NCBI GenBank assembly: GCA_973895155.1
Contig: OZ316891.1
Span: forward strand, 523,558 to 587,557
Source: Marsupella aquatica
Lineage: Eukaryota; Plantae; Marchantiophyta
Direction of reading: 5' to 3'
DNA length: 64,000 nt
Every line of letters begins with the position of its first letter. Position 1 is the first letter of the stretch. A program made the translations under genes and the position numbers. The notes under the pieces are model-generated. The model saw only the letters and a program-made list of their open reading frames with translations, searched no databases and was not told where the DNA came from. Shown here one piece after another: positions 25,882 to 39,300 of the stretch.

Positions 25882-28800
25882 AAAGCTTGGGCGGTGATGA
25901 TTCGGATAGAGCAATTTTAGCAAGGCAGTGACCCATAAGATTGAGTCTCCCGGTGGTCTCGCTATGTGGACTTATGAGGGGGCATGCTCAAGAGGACTGA
26001 TCGCTTAGAAATTGAAGGTTTGGTCGATTTCTTGATTTGACGCTTATTTCAATGGTTTTTGATTGATCATTTGTTGAATGCAGTGAGTGGTGCATTTGCA
26101 GCAGAGACCTATGAGTGGCGTGTGTTGCTGTAGGGAGAAGAGAGCTCGTTGTTTTGGTGGGCAGAACGCCAGAAACAAGTAAGAGACAACTTTGTACGCT
26201 CGATGTGAAGTTTTCTTGAATTTCCTTGAGCTATGGAGTAAGGAAAGGGCAGTGGACATTTTCTTGACATTCTAATTGCAGTGAGTGTTGATGCAACGAA
26301 AAGCATATTTCACTAGAAGTAGTGGTAGTTTCAAGCCCAAGACTAGCAGCTGCAGAGGTGCAATGTGGAGGAATCAACAAAATTGATTAGCAGCATCAAA
26401 GTTTGCGATGGCGACGAGATTGAGACAATTAATCATCAAGAAAGGGAGGTGGGCATTTTTTGTGTTGCAATCCTTGAGTCGATGACATTTCTTTAAGTGT
26501 ATACAGTCATGTTGTTGTGCCAAGAAAGGTCGTGTAACCGTGCCAAGAAACACATTTTACAGGTCCCTTAAGCTGTTTGATTTTTCTTGGGAGTGACAGC
26601 TTAAGGGACCTCTAAAACTTGCACCTCCATCCTTGACAAATTGCAGCCGTCCAATCTGTGCCCTCATTAGCTGTGGCTTTGGTCCCAGGAATTTGTTGTG
26701 GCAGATACATCTCACCCAGAAACCCTAAACCCTCCTCATACCCAATACATTCCAGATGTTGGTGTCGTAAAGTGAATTCTGTTATTTTGAAATTAATTGT
26801 ACTAGCCCCGACTACCCGTTCTTTGAACGTGAATAGCGGGGACGACAATAAAAATATCACCAAATATTAAAAATTCAGATTCTTTGAAGGTTAATGAAAT
26901 GATAAAAAACCATCATGCAAGTAATCATATATAACATACCATACTCTTTTCTATGCACATCCCTCTTTATATGCACAGATGTTATGGTAAATAAGAATCA
27001 TGACAAAAAGTATACATGCTTAATATTGGCATACATCATGGTCAGGAGTTACCCATCCACATGATGAGCCATGGAGGTACGGTCTAGAGGCTTCACTCTA
27101 GAAGCCTAGACCCAAACTCTAGCTTGTAGTTGGCGCTTTACAAGTAAGATAAACATAATGTCAATTTTGAGACAATTACATGTATAAAAACCTGATGTCA
27201 ATTTTGAGAAAACAACATGGTCTCACCTTTTCAGCGTTCTCTATTATGAAGTTTCTAGATCTGATACTGGTGATTGCTTTGGTGATAGGCAGGTGGACTG
27301 GTCTTTCTAGGAGATATTTGTCTTCAAAAGGAAATGAAGGAAACTTTACTGGTTAGCTCTTCCTTGCTATGTTGAAAAGCCTGCAAAGGAGGTTGACAAA
27401 GCACCTGTCACTTTGACTTGGGAGGGGAAAGGTTTGCGGTCGGGGCAGGGAACCCGGAAAGCTCTGTACTGTCCAAAGATTTATAGATAATGAGACTAGT
27501 AGTGTTCAATAGATGAGTCAGCTGAGTCAACAGACAAGGAGTCCAATAGGGACCTAGTAGCAGCCCAGATGATTCAGAATAGGAGGATTCTCAATGACCC
27601 CCAAAGATGTTTGTCAAAACTAGCTCAGTAAAGGTGTATTGTACAATTTTGTTTTGAGTAAATCTTTAATTCCATAATTGAGGAACCTTCCCCCTTAGAC
27701 TTGAGGAGTACAAAAATTTCAATATTCTGCTATGCTATGGATGCCATGGTGCTAGAAACCAAACATGATATGCAATACAACCTTTTTGGGTTGTTACGCA
27801 AAACCTTTACTGGGAGAGAGGGATATGCCTTGCTAGCCTGTTTGCCTTGCTAGCAAAACTCCTGTTTGCTCGCAACATACAATACCTTCATGAGCGGCCT
27901 GGACTTGGGGGCCCTGAAAGCAAAGTGGAAGGCATGCCTGGCCTTCCACCCTGTACTTGAATTTGAGGATCACGGTGAAATTGCTAAACCCTAAACACCC
28001 TGACTTCTCATTTGCTCCAAAAGACATGGACCTTTCAGAGCTTTTGCCATCAGGTCCTTTTGAGGGCTGATGGAACAGGGCTCTAAATCCTCAACCCTGA
28101 ACCAGGCTAACCTAAACCCAAATCCCCACCTGAACGCAAACTGTCCACTCACAACCCTCAAAACCCAAACAATCAGGGCACTCTGCATGGAGCAATGATA
28201 TTAGGTAGGGCTTTCTTCATTAAATTTTTGAATAGCCATAAGGATATTGTCCTCCTGCGACCAATCTGGTCTTGAGACAATTGAAAAGTCGTAATTGTGT
28301 ATGTATTCTATCAAACGACCACCGATTTTTTTTTCTGAATTAAGTTTTCTCTGAGTGATGCAGATAGCTGTGGCTATTGAGAATCCTCGGGACAATCGTG
28401 CAGTAAATCTGTTCCTTTACCTCTCCTCCATTGGATCAGCGGCACAACTGTTTTGAGAAACTGTTGTAAGACGGGAGATCCCCAGTCGAATCGCATTTCG
28501 AATTTGGGATAGCGCAGTTCGGCTCAGTTCAGCTGAATTCCAAGTGATAGATCAAGGTTTGTGCGAGAAAATTCGAGGGATAGATGCGGTCAAACAGTGT
28601 CCCTTCTCAGGGTTCCTCCTCGCCACCAAGATCTCTACTGAATCCAAGGAGATCCCCGGTGGCTATCTCAAATCCCAGGCTGTCGCAAGCTAGTAGTGAC
28701 TGTAGAATTCACAATCTGCTAAGAATTACTCGTCGTAGCTCATTACATAATGTCGCATAAGTGAGCTGGTAGCGAGCTACGTGTGGCTGCATGCTGACGA

Positions 28801-29630
28801 ATCCAGTGATTCCTATTAGGTTCGCGTTACCACTTTTACACGGCCTCTCGCGACTACCTTTGGGCAGAGAATCCCTAGTAAGGCCTAGCTATACACTTGA
28901 TGTTCGTCTGCGTTTCGACACTAAATTGCTGAACATGCAACAATACTTCTCAACTCTTAGTGCCCAAGGAAGCGGACAGAATCTCTTTTCCAGCCTGGCA
29001 TGCATTTTCGTCTCCCAATCCTGGTTCAAGTCTTGTTCAATTCTTGGATGACGTCTCCTGCTGCCTGCAATATGTACCTTTGCCGTTTTTTTTCAGACAT
29101 GTAAAATTTTTAAGGATATCTCCGTTAAAGAGCCCCTTTTATTGCCCATCACAATCAATTTGGTTTCCACTTGCTTCAATTTGTTGTTCTGAAGGAATTG
29201 TCGAGCTTACATTGTCTGCAATAACTTGTTCACAAGTTCTTCGTTGAAGAAATATCGTCAATTTTCGTTTGGTCTGCAGGACAATTCGGGTGGGCAAGGG
29301 TTCTTTCTTGGAGGGCGATAATGAAGAGCACTTGTGCCAAAGTTTTTCAGAGGGTATTGTGCAGGTATGACGGTCGTTGCTTGGAGATTGGAAAGGAACA
29401 AATTCTCGTACTCTTTCGAACTTAGATTCCTCTGCCCGGGCAAGGCTTCCCCAAAATAGCCTTCGCTTAGTGAATTTTCTCTCCTTACTCCAAGGGGAAG
29501 GAAAGATGAGACTTAAAATTTGAGGGCTCTGCAAGGCTGCACTACTTTGACTGATTTGAAAGTTTGTCAAGCAGGTTCACAACTGTACCGTTCAGCTCTA
29601 TATTCCCGGCGCGGGAACGGAGCTGACTGG

Positions 29631-32600
29631 ATGGAAATTTTGGATATGGACCGCTTTAGGCAACACTCCGCAGCCAGGTATGATTAATTTTGTATATCAT
29701 TTTGTTGGATTATGATGTGACCATATCCTTGAATACATTCTCAACAAAGACGTTTGATTTGCAGAGTTCATCCTTCATCTTCCGGTTTGACTGGTATTGG
29801 CATCAGCCATTGTTCTTGTACAAGGCCTTCAGGTAATGAGACTGGAGCGATTTCAACGTTGTGCGTACCAACTTTTAAACAAAAACTCTTGTTCCAGCAC
29901 CACGGTGTGATATTTCTATTTGCGTGAATTCCTGCTATGAGGCTTATGTTATGAAGACTTGACTTGAACTTTAAGTTTGATTCTTCGTTCATCTCCAAGG
30001 AAGCACAGGGAAGGTGGGGTGGGGGGCTGTCACATTCATGTCATATGTGTCTGCCGACGGATTTTATAAGAGCCAATTTCAAGAATGCGGAATAGGCTTT
30101 ATTTCTGAGTTGTAGGAGAGGGAGGGGGAGTGCTTTCACATTCACGTCATATGTGCCTAATTACAGTGGATTCTCTAGAGCCAATCTACAGATGCTGGCT
30201 AAGCTTTATTTCTGAATTATAGTCTCCCTTAAAAACCCTGCGATTATGGTTTGTGTATTGCTTAGACAGGACAGTGTAGGGAACTTAAAAATGAACGCCT
30301 GCCAAGTTGCCCTAAGAGTCTATCCTATACACAAACCAAGGATAACATGTGACTGCTTGCTGAAGCTTTTTTAGGTGCCAATTCGACAGGCTCTTGACAC
30401 TGTCCTTTCTATGGTTACAGTGACATACCCGAGTATGAAGGAGCTTATTGATACTTGAGCTACCTGGATATGCCTTTCACAATTATTTCAGTATGCTATT
30501 CTAAGATCATTACATTCTTTACAGATAGCCGTTACTCTCAGTTGAAAAGGAGTCAGATAACTTTTGCAAGTTATGTGTACCAAAGATCACAGCAGAGCAA
30601 GGGAGACAATAAAACACATCTTTGGACGGAGGTAGGAATGCACCCTAGAACTCCAGAGACTTACCGGTCTGGTCTCTACTTTTGGACATGCATTGTAGAA
30701 GATCATTGGGAAACATAGTCCTCAAGAAATAAGAACCAATCCATTGCATGTCGGGGAATCTCCTGGTACCAGATCTGATCCTGCGTTGTGGTGCTGACAG
30801 AGGAGGCCCAGAGCTCCGGAGTTCAATCGTAAGATGACAAGAAAAGCAGTTTGGGTGGATGGATGGTCAACTCCAGCATGGGTTAAGGCAAGGGCGAATT
30901 TGATAACCCACTGCAGATTTCATTTTCATGTTAGTTATTCCACGAGAGATCGGTCTCAAGTCACTACAGAAGGGAATGGCAGTAGGCATATGCGTGATGT
31001 TGGTACCACTAGTGAAACAATTGCTGTTTTGAAAGATCGTCTACAGCGAGGCATTACTATCGACTCGTACACATATGTCAAAGTTCTGCAAATATGCTTG
31101 CAACAGAAAGACCTTTCGGCAGCCAAGCAAATTCATGATTGCATCATCCAGAGTGGAATGCAAAAGAATCCATATGTGGCAATCACGCTCTTGAATGTGT
31201 ATATCAAATGCGGAGGATTGTTAGATGCACGTCGAGTTTTTGATCAACTTGAGAAGAAGAGTGTTATTACCTGGAGCGCGATGATAGCAGGATATGCTAA
31301 CAGTGATTGTGCTGAATCTGTACCGGAACTTTTTAATCAGATGCGCCAAGAAGGCGTGCAGCCTAATGAGATCACATATCTGAGCATCTTGAAAGGATGT
31401 GCCAGCCCATTAGCTCTAACTTGCGGAAGAGAAATTCATGAGCGTATTCGACATGCCGGCTTTGAATCAGACGTTCGTGTAGGCACTGCCCTCCTACTGA
31501 TGTACGCAAAATGTGGGTGCATCACCGAGGCAAGGATAGTTTTTGAAAAGTTGACCAATCGAAATCTCATTACATGGAATATTATGATTGGAGCATATGC
31601 AGAGCGTGGTGATGGTGTGGAAGCATATCGACTGTTTCTACAAATGAGACGTGAAGGCTTCAAACCAGATGCATTTACTTATGCTAGTATTCTCAATGCA
31701 TCTGCACGTGAGGGGGCTTTGGAATGGGTGAAGGAAGTTCATGGCCATGCTAGCAAAGCAGGACTGGAGTCGGATTTGCGTGTGGGCAGTGCACTCGTTC
31801 ACATGTATGCACAGAGCGGTAGTATAGATGACGCCCGACTGGTTTTTGACAGAATGGGGAAACGCGATGTAGTCACATGGAATGTAATGATCGGTGCACT
31901 TGCACAACATGGATGTGGGCATGAAGCATATCGACTGTTTCTGCAAATGAGACGTGAAGGCTTCGAGCCAAATGCAATCACTTATGTGAGCATCCTGAAT
32001 GCATCTGCAAGTGCGGGTTCTTTGGAGTGGGTGAAGGAGGTTCATGGGCATGCTAGCAAAGCAGGACTGGAGTCAGATTTGCGTGTAGGCAATGCACTCG
32101 TTCACCTGTATGCAGAGAGTGGCAGTATAGATGACGCCCGACTGCTTTTTGACAGAATGGGGAAACGCGACGTAGTCACATGGACTGTAATGATAGGTGG
32201 ACTTGCACAACAGGGATGTGGGCATGAAGCATATCAACTGTTTCTCCAAATGAGACGTGAAGGCTTCGAGCCAAATGCAATCACTTATGTGAGCATCCTG
32301 AATGCATCTGCAAGTGCGGATTCTTTGGAGTGGGTGAAGGAGGTTCATGGGCATGCTAGCAAAGCAGGACTGGAGTCAGACTTGCGTGTAGGCAGTGCAC
32401 TGGTTCACATGTATGCAGAGAGTGGCAGCATAGCGGACGCCCGGCTGCTTTTTGACAGAATGGGGAAACGCGATGTAGTCACATGGAACGTAATGATCCG
32501 TGCACTTGCACAACATGGATGTGGGGATGAAGCATATAGACTGTTTCTCCAAATGAGACGTGAAGGCTTCGAACCAAATGAATTTACTTATGCTAGTATT

Positions 32601-34613
32601 CTCAATGCATCTGCAAGTGATGAGGGGGCTTTGGAATGGGTGAAGGAAGTTCATGGCCATGCTATCAAAGCGGGACTGGATTCAGATTTGCGCGTGAGCA
32701 GTGCACTGGTTCACATGTATGCAGAGAGTGGCAGTATAGATGACGCCCGACTGGTTTTTGACAGAATGGGGAAACGCGATGTAGTCACATGGAATGTAAT
32801 GATCGGTGCACTTGCACAACATGGATGTGGGCATGAAGCATATCGATTATTTCTCCAAATGAGACGTGAAGGCTTCGAGCCAAATGCAATCACTTATGTG
32901 AGCATCCTGAATGCATCTGCAAGTGCGGATTCTTTGGAGTGGGTGAAGGAGGTTCATGGGCATGCTTGCAAAGCCGGACTGGAGTCAGATTTGCGTGTAG
33001 GCAATGCACTGGTTCACATGTATGCAGAGAGTGGCAGTATAGATGACGCCCGACTGGTTTTTGACAGAATGGGGAAACGCGATGTAGTCACATGGACTGT
33101 AATGATCGGTGCACTTGCGCAACATGGATGTGGGCATGAAGCATATCGACTGTTTCTCCAAATGAGACGTGAAGGCTTCGAGCCAAATGCAATCACCTAT
33201 GTGAGCATCCTGAATGCATCTGCAAGTGCGGGTTCTTTGGAGTGGGTGAAGGAAGTTCATGGGCATGCAAGGAAAGCGGGACTGGATTCAGATTTGCGTG
33301 TAGGCAATGCACTGGTTCATATGTATGCAGAGAGTGGCAGTATAGATGACGCCCGACTGGTTTTTGACAGAATGGGGAAACGCGATGTAGTCACATGGAA
33401 TGTAATGATCGGTGCACTTGCACAACATGGATGTGGGCATGAAGCATATCGGCTGTTTCTCCAAATGAGACGTGAAGGCTTCGAGCCAAATGCAATCACC
33501 TATGTGAGCATCCTGAATGCAGCTGCAAGTGCGGGTTCTTTGGAGTGGGTGAAGGAGATTCATGGACATGCTAGCAAAGCGGGACTGGATGCAGATTTGC
33601 GTGTAGGCAATGCACTGGTTCACATGTATGCAGAGAGTGGCAGTATAGATGACGCCCGACTTATTTTTGACAGAATGGGGAATCGCGATGTAGTCACATG
33701 GACTGTAATGATCGGTGGACTTGCACGACATGGATGTGGGAATGAAGCCCTGGACCACTTTAAAAAATTGACCTTGGACGGTGTGAAGCCCAGCGTGTAT
33801 TTATTCGTGGCACTGTTGTCAGCCTGTTCTCACGGAGGCCTTGTTGATGACGGCCGTAGAGTCTTTTCAGCTATGACGCAGGATTATGGCATCGAGCCTG
33901 ACATTGTGCATTATAACTGCATGGTGGATCTTCTTGGGCGGGCTGGGCACTTGGAGGAAGCAGAGCTCTTCATTAGTGACATGCCAATTGAACCAAATAC
34001 AGTTACTTGGACAGCCTTCCTTGGGGCTTGTAGAACTTATGGTAATGTGGAGTTGGGCGAACGTGCTGCTCAGGAGCTTTTCAAGCTGAACCCCAATAAT
34101 GCCCCTGCATACGTGCTCCTCTCCAACATCTACGCTGCAGCTGGTAAGCAGCAGAAGAAGTCATTGGTGCGCACTACGATGCAAGACAGAGGTATTCGGA
34201 AGGAGCCAGGGCGTAGCTGGATTGAAGTTGATAAGAAGATCCATGAATTTGTTGTAGGGGATAGATCTCACCCAGAAGCGAGGGCGATATATACGGAGCT
34301 CAATAAACTGACTGAAAAGTTGAAGGCTGAAGGCTACATTCCGGATACCCGACTTGTGTTGCACGACATCAATGAGAAGGATAAAGAACTAGCTCTTTGC
34401 TCTCACAGTGAGAAGTTGGCTATTGCTTACGGACTTATGCACATACCTCGGGGAAAACCAATTCGTGTATGGAAGAACCTTCGGGTGTGTTCAGATTGCC
34501 ATACCGCAACCAAATTTATGTCTAAGGTGACCGGACGCGAGATTATAGCCAGGGATGCCAATCGCTTTCACCATTTTAAAGATGGCAAATGTTCTTGTGG
34601 CGATTACTGGTGA
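29631..34613 (+). CDS. PLS-class PPR protein with E1-E2-DYW domain, a putative organellar C-to-U RNA editing factor
   Basis: Main exon 30801-34613 holds 29 L/S/P motifs, E1/E2, PG box PGRSWIEV, HSEKLA, CSDC and terminal DYW. Three upstream exons (~29631-29677, 29765-29832, 30524-30630) join in frame through GT-AG introns; these are less certain. Confidence 0.93.
31620..33740 (+). repeat. Seven near-identical 303-bp coding repeats (L-S-P triplets)
   Basis: The unit ALEWVKEVHGH..DLRVG.ALVHMYAESGSIDDARL.FDRMGKRDVVTW.VMIG.LAQHGCGHEAY.LFLQMRREGFEP is repeated. The variant tttacttatgctagtattctc recurs at 31674 and 32583, 909 bp (3 units) apart. Confidence 0.97.
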
Positions 34614-35270
34614 CCAGATTGAAAGTTGTGTTTGAAAGTGACTCGAAAGCCAATAAAGAACAAATTAAAGCACTGTATTCTGTCAGTTTTGCGGAAGTTT
34701 GTGAAGCGCAAATTAGAGAGGGGATACATGAGTAGAGAGCTGGCCCCTTTTGGCTACTGTCTACTCCCTAAAAAGACACCAGGTTAAACCAACATTGCAT
34801 TAAGGCTCTCCAGCCTTCTTGGGGCCCTACCCTGCCCCTCACAAATCCTGATGTTGCTACCCGCAAGCCCGCTTGAATGCCAATCATCGTTCTGGTGGAA
34901 TCTAAATTGATTAGCCCCCAATTGGTCGACAAACTGAACTTTCGTCCTTTTCAAATTCGACGCTCTTTAGGGTGCGGGACACACCTAGCCTTGAACACTC
35001 GCATTTCCCTCTGTCTTCGTCCCTCATTGTCATTCTCAGCTTTTGTCATTGTCATGTCACGCTTCTGGAAATACTTGATGTGCAAGACATAGTGTTCTGT
35101 TGTTGTCACATTTTCATATGCGCTAGCTTTCTGCCCAAAGGTTATGCGCACAGGAGCTCTTGTTTCTTGTCATCCCGTGCTATCAATGCATGCAATTTTG
35201 TCTTTTCAGTTAAGACCCATTGGGATTGTGTCCTTTCACTGTACATATCTTTTTTTACATTTTCTTTAGC

Positions 35271-35697
35271 ATGGATTGTGTCAACATTGTGATTCAGGAC
35301 CCTCCTTTTGGGAAGTTGTCCTCATTGCCAGTTGTTTGGACTCTTAATCAGACTGTCATTCCTTGGGATGGCCTGACAGACTTTAGGGATGTGGAGGGCA
35401 AAAGAGATTTTAAATTTGAGACATCTGTTTATATTAGGACTCAAAGAAATCAGATTTCAAGAACAAAGATTGGGTAGAGTATAAGATAATCTGGTGTTCT
35501 TATGGCCCGCAAGAAGACAATGTAGATCTATGTGTTCCTCATCTCCAAGGGACACATCCAAAGTCAGAAATTGGGAGCAGCCCCGGTCTATGCAAAAATA
35601 ACTTCAAGAATCATGCAAAAATGAATTGTTCATGCCACTTCATTGCAAAAAGATTCAAGATAAACCCTGACACTGTTCAGATCACCTACACTAACAG
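35271..35697 (+). pseudogene. Mutator-like (MULE/SWIM zinc-finger family) transposase N-terminal fragment
   Basis: MDCVNIVIQDPPFGKLSSLPVVW..IPWDGLTDF, a frameshift, then EYKIIWCSYGPQED..GSSPG..KMNCSCHFIAKRFKINP..ITYTNR|GT. Matches my recollection of the N-terminus of plant SWIM/MULE proteins (VQNPP..W..IP..YWCSFGPE..GCTCHFVVKRL). No DDE or SWIM part is visible. Confidence 0.72.
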
Positions 35698-35814
35698 GTA
35701 CAGACTGCCTTGTGACTCAAAATGAACTTCTATGACTCTTTTCCGGAGTGAACTACATATGGAGGTCTTACAAAGGAACCTAAAGTTTGCTCGTAAAACC
35801 CTTTGCCCTTTTAC

Positions 35815-36130
35815 TGACTAGCTGCTCTAGAACCAACCGCCTCACCCCTACAAAGAATGGTAAATGCCTAAACACTCTGAACTGCAACTGACACCTGCTG
35901 TCAAAAAAAGGTTGTGATGACAAACACCTGCGATAAGGCCTTTGCTCCATGTAAAGAACACCACATGATCGCAGGAAGCAGTTGAAGGTTGGGTGTAGAG
36001 CCCCCAAAACCTCAGCAGCAAACCGGTAGAAGAGATCGGAGGGGTAACGCACAGCGTAGGCCTCTTCCTTCAGTCGTGTTGCCCTCGTTGCGGCATGACC
36101 AGGAACATGACCAGCTGCAGCAAGATTGGC
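35815..36130 (-). mobile_element. CRE-like non-LTR retrotransposon 3' fragment (restriction-like endonuclease C-terminus)
   Basis: PGHAATRATRLKEEAYAVRYPSDLFYRFAAEVLGALHP followed, after a frameshift, by FF*QQVSVAVQSV*AFTIL. This fits the REL pattern AA..K..KY..F.PFAVE..G...RQRVSIALQ. Confidence 0.7.
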
Positions 36131-36962
36131 CTTTGACAATGTTTTTTTCCAACACATTGGCTGCAGATTCCCATATTTGCCAAGCAGGCCGAAAGGGTCC
36201 ATGTCATGGTAGACTGCCTTGGGAGCAAAGCTGAACATCAATTTGTAAATAATGTAAACAAGGGACCGCAAATAGCAGAATGATCTTGAATTAAGTTCTA
36301 ATTTATAACATAACTTTTCACAGATCTGGGAAGAAATGCAGTTCTTGTAACGCCTTCAAAGTGGGACCACTGACCAGAAAGAACAACGCAAGTACTGCTG
36401 CCAATATTGACATTTTTGGGAAATTTATGGTAGGGTAGGAATATTCACTAGCCACTGGGGCCGGCTCTCTTCTTTTGTTTCCCCTTTCACATCTGCACTT
36501 CCGAAACTTTGAACATGCCATGGGCCTAAAATTGCTCTTTAATTCACTTCGATAGTGTGAGATTGCGCTAAGGGATAAAACCAGTTTGGCCAATTTGTTT
36601 GTTGAAGCATCAGACACCAGTCTTCAAGGTTTAGGGAATACACACTAGCAAGGGGCCAGCCCTCTCCTCATGTAACCCCTCTCCCATCTGCACGTCCGAA
36701 ACTTTGCAGTCTTGACATAATCCATTTCTTTAAGATTATTACTTACTTGAATTCAAAATGGAGTGAATTTGAGTTAGAGGGACAATTCCAGTGAGTGAAC
36801 CAATCGACACGCCTATCACTGAAATAAGCAAAAATATCAGTAGCCAATTAATTCAAGGTGAATAACTGAACAGAACTTTTCCCCAGACAATTGGTATGAG
36901 TGAGAGGATTTGGAATGAGACAATAATTATAAGTACATTATTCCAGGTCAAATTTATCGTGG

Positions 36963-39300
36963 TCATATTTCCCATCCGGAGCAGGATCTATAGTTCTTCC
37001 ACCACTCGATCCTGCAAGTAAACTCATCATCTGAATCCCCGTCCTCCAATGGCTCAGTACCCATCACACTTTTGATGTCTTTAATTTTCTTATGACAATC
37101 AAGAACCAACTTCAAAGACTCCTGCGTAGCATCATGGAGAAAATCCCTATCCCTCAACCCCAGCTACAAAACTCCCTAAGAGTTCCCCCGCTCGGAATGA
37201 ACTCCCATCTCCAACATTCCAATCTAGCACAATGTTTCTTGGCTTGTCGAAAGGTCCATCATCGCCTGCATGAATGAATCCAACACATAATTAACCCTGC
37301 AAAAGCTAATTTTGTCTTGAAATTGCTTTTTGGGTAACAAAGACTCAGTAACTTCTTATGAGATGCATCCTCAAATGTTGCCAAGGGGATGCACTTCGGG
37401 TCCTTGGGGATCTTCCCATCAAATTCAGCCCGACAAAACACATGTAGACTGAGATTGCAAACCTGGAAAAGAGACAAAACATGTCAAATACTGAAGCTGT
37501 GAAGGCCAGCGACCTCGCTAATGAAAAATGCCCTTCATTTAAGCCACAAAGTAACAAGTTCTCACCTCAACATCGATATTTGGCATCCACATAGGGGAAC
37601 CCAACAAAATAGATGTTTGAATTTATTCCTCTACTCAATGGCAGCAAAAATCTGTTTCATGTGATTAAATTCTCCACTATGGAGAACAGCCACATACCCA
37701 ACATCAGCCTCATGACTCCAAAGAACCTGAATTTAACTCGTTGCAAGAAGTCTTCAAACTCATCACGTATATCAAGAACAAGTGATGCCTTGTTCTTTTA
37801 TGAGGCTGAAAGGACTCAAGATTCAGGGACACTGAGAATCATCTTTGAAACAGCTTCAGACAAAAGAGATCTAGCAATCGACTCTACCTGTTCCCACATA
37901 GCCCACATGTGCAGCCAGTTTAGTCTCACTATCTAAGAATTGCCCTGGATGGAAATATTGTTTCTGGAGCTTGGGCTTGCACTGCGCTTCAAGTAGATTA
38001 CAACGAAGCAGAGGGCGAAGTGATGTTACCCAGGAGAAAAGCCTCGCTTGATCAAGGCCACATGAGACATTGCCTCTCCCCTTGTCATCCGTCGTTTGTG
38101 CTTCCTTCCGTTCTTTCTCACAATAGTTGTGCATCTCCACATATTTCTTAAAGAAATCCCCAAACTCGTGATTGACAAGAGGAGCAATTTTTGGAACTTT
38201 AATGTTCCAATCAGAGAGCTGCTCCTTCATTATTTCTCACAGCGCAATGTCCTTTGCAGATTTTGACAAAGGTTCTCCAAGTTCCTCCTTGAGCGCAAAC
38301 TTCTTCTGCAATCTGGGAAGCTATGTTTGCAGCCGAAAGAATATAAATGCAAGCATCCAGTGTCATATTTTTTGAATACCAGGAGGGTTTCTTCATGTTT
38401 TGCATCTTCCGTTGGAACAACTTGAAATTCCCTCGATCAATCAAATCCTTGTAGACCGATAAGTCAGTGTTTAGGGTTTTTCTGGACCCGAACTTCTGGA
38501 CCCGATCTGCTTCAAGGACCCATGAATTGTCAACGTGGCATTGAGTCAACCTGTCAATGAACGAAAGTATCAAAGACCTTTCGAGTACAAAACAGAGATA
38601 AGGGAAGCCCGAAATGTAAAGTCAAATACTTAATTCAATGAATAGGAACAGATCGGGTACTCACCAATTCAGGGCATGCATAGCAGATTCAATCTGCACG
38701 AATGTGTCCTTCTCGCCTTGGAAAATCTTTGAGACAACACGAGGATGACATTCGATATCATGAGGATTCTTGATGGCAAGCAGATTCCACGAGTACAGAC
38801 GATGATTTCCGTCAAAAACATAAAACACTTTGTCCTTCAACACAACAAAATCTGGATGAGAATCACACTCTCTCGAAATCTTCATTTTGCAATGCCCATA
38901 TCGGATCCCAGCCCATTTGAATTGTGTCATTGATGAACTGAACGTCACCATTCTCATTTTGTCATCTGTACCTGGGCGTGTCCCCAATGTAACCCTGAGC
39001 TTGAAACTCATTCTTGAGAGTCTCGATTGCATTGGAGTCAGTTTGCAGCAACCTCACGAGCTGCATGTTTTGCATCCGACATAGTGGAATTCAAGGGGGA
39101 ACAAGCTTATACCCAAATTTGTTTAGCCCAAAGTGGTAAAGGGTGATGGTTGATCACCATGGAAAAAGGTTCCCGGAAAGGTTCTGACTTAGAAGAGTCC
39201 ATCGATGGTGGAAAAATCGGACGAGGAGTCTCCAAATCCAAAGCTAGTGCCTTGTTGGTAGTCGAAGACCTCATCTCTCGACACTGAGAAGCTGCAGGCT
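36963..39300 (-). pseudogene. ParB/sulfiredoxin-like domain fused to an N6/N4 DNA-methyltransferase-like fold; intron-containing and frameshifted
   Basis: IPLCRM..VR..LKNEFQAQGY (from 39090); KVFYVFDGNHRLYSW (DGNHR at 38799-38813); GT-AG introns 38551-38664 and 37463-37565; ASLVLDIRD (37762-37788); ADVGYVAVLHSG (37673-37708); MMDL..KPRNIVLDWNVGDGSSFRAGELLGSFVAGVE (core 37198-37236). The 5' boundary is approximate. Confidence 0.68.

Noticed and set aside
26900-28400. Exon-like purine-rich stretches between the old LTR and the PPR gene
   Set aside because: Multiple stops and no identifiable domain.
31436-33758. Repeated antisense ORFs over the PPR array
   Set aside because: Shadow ORFs produced by the repeated sense-strand coding units.
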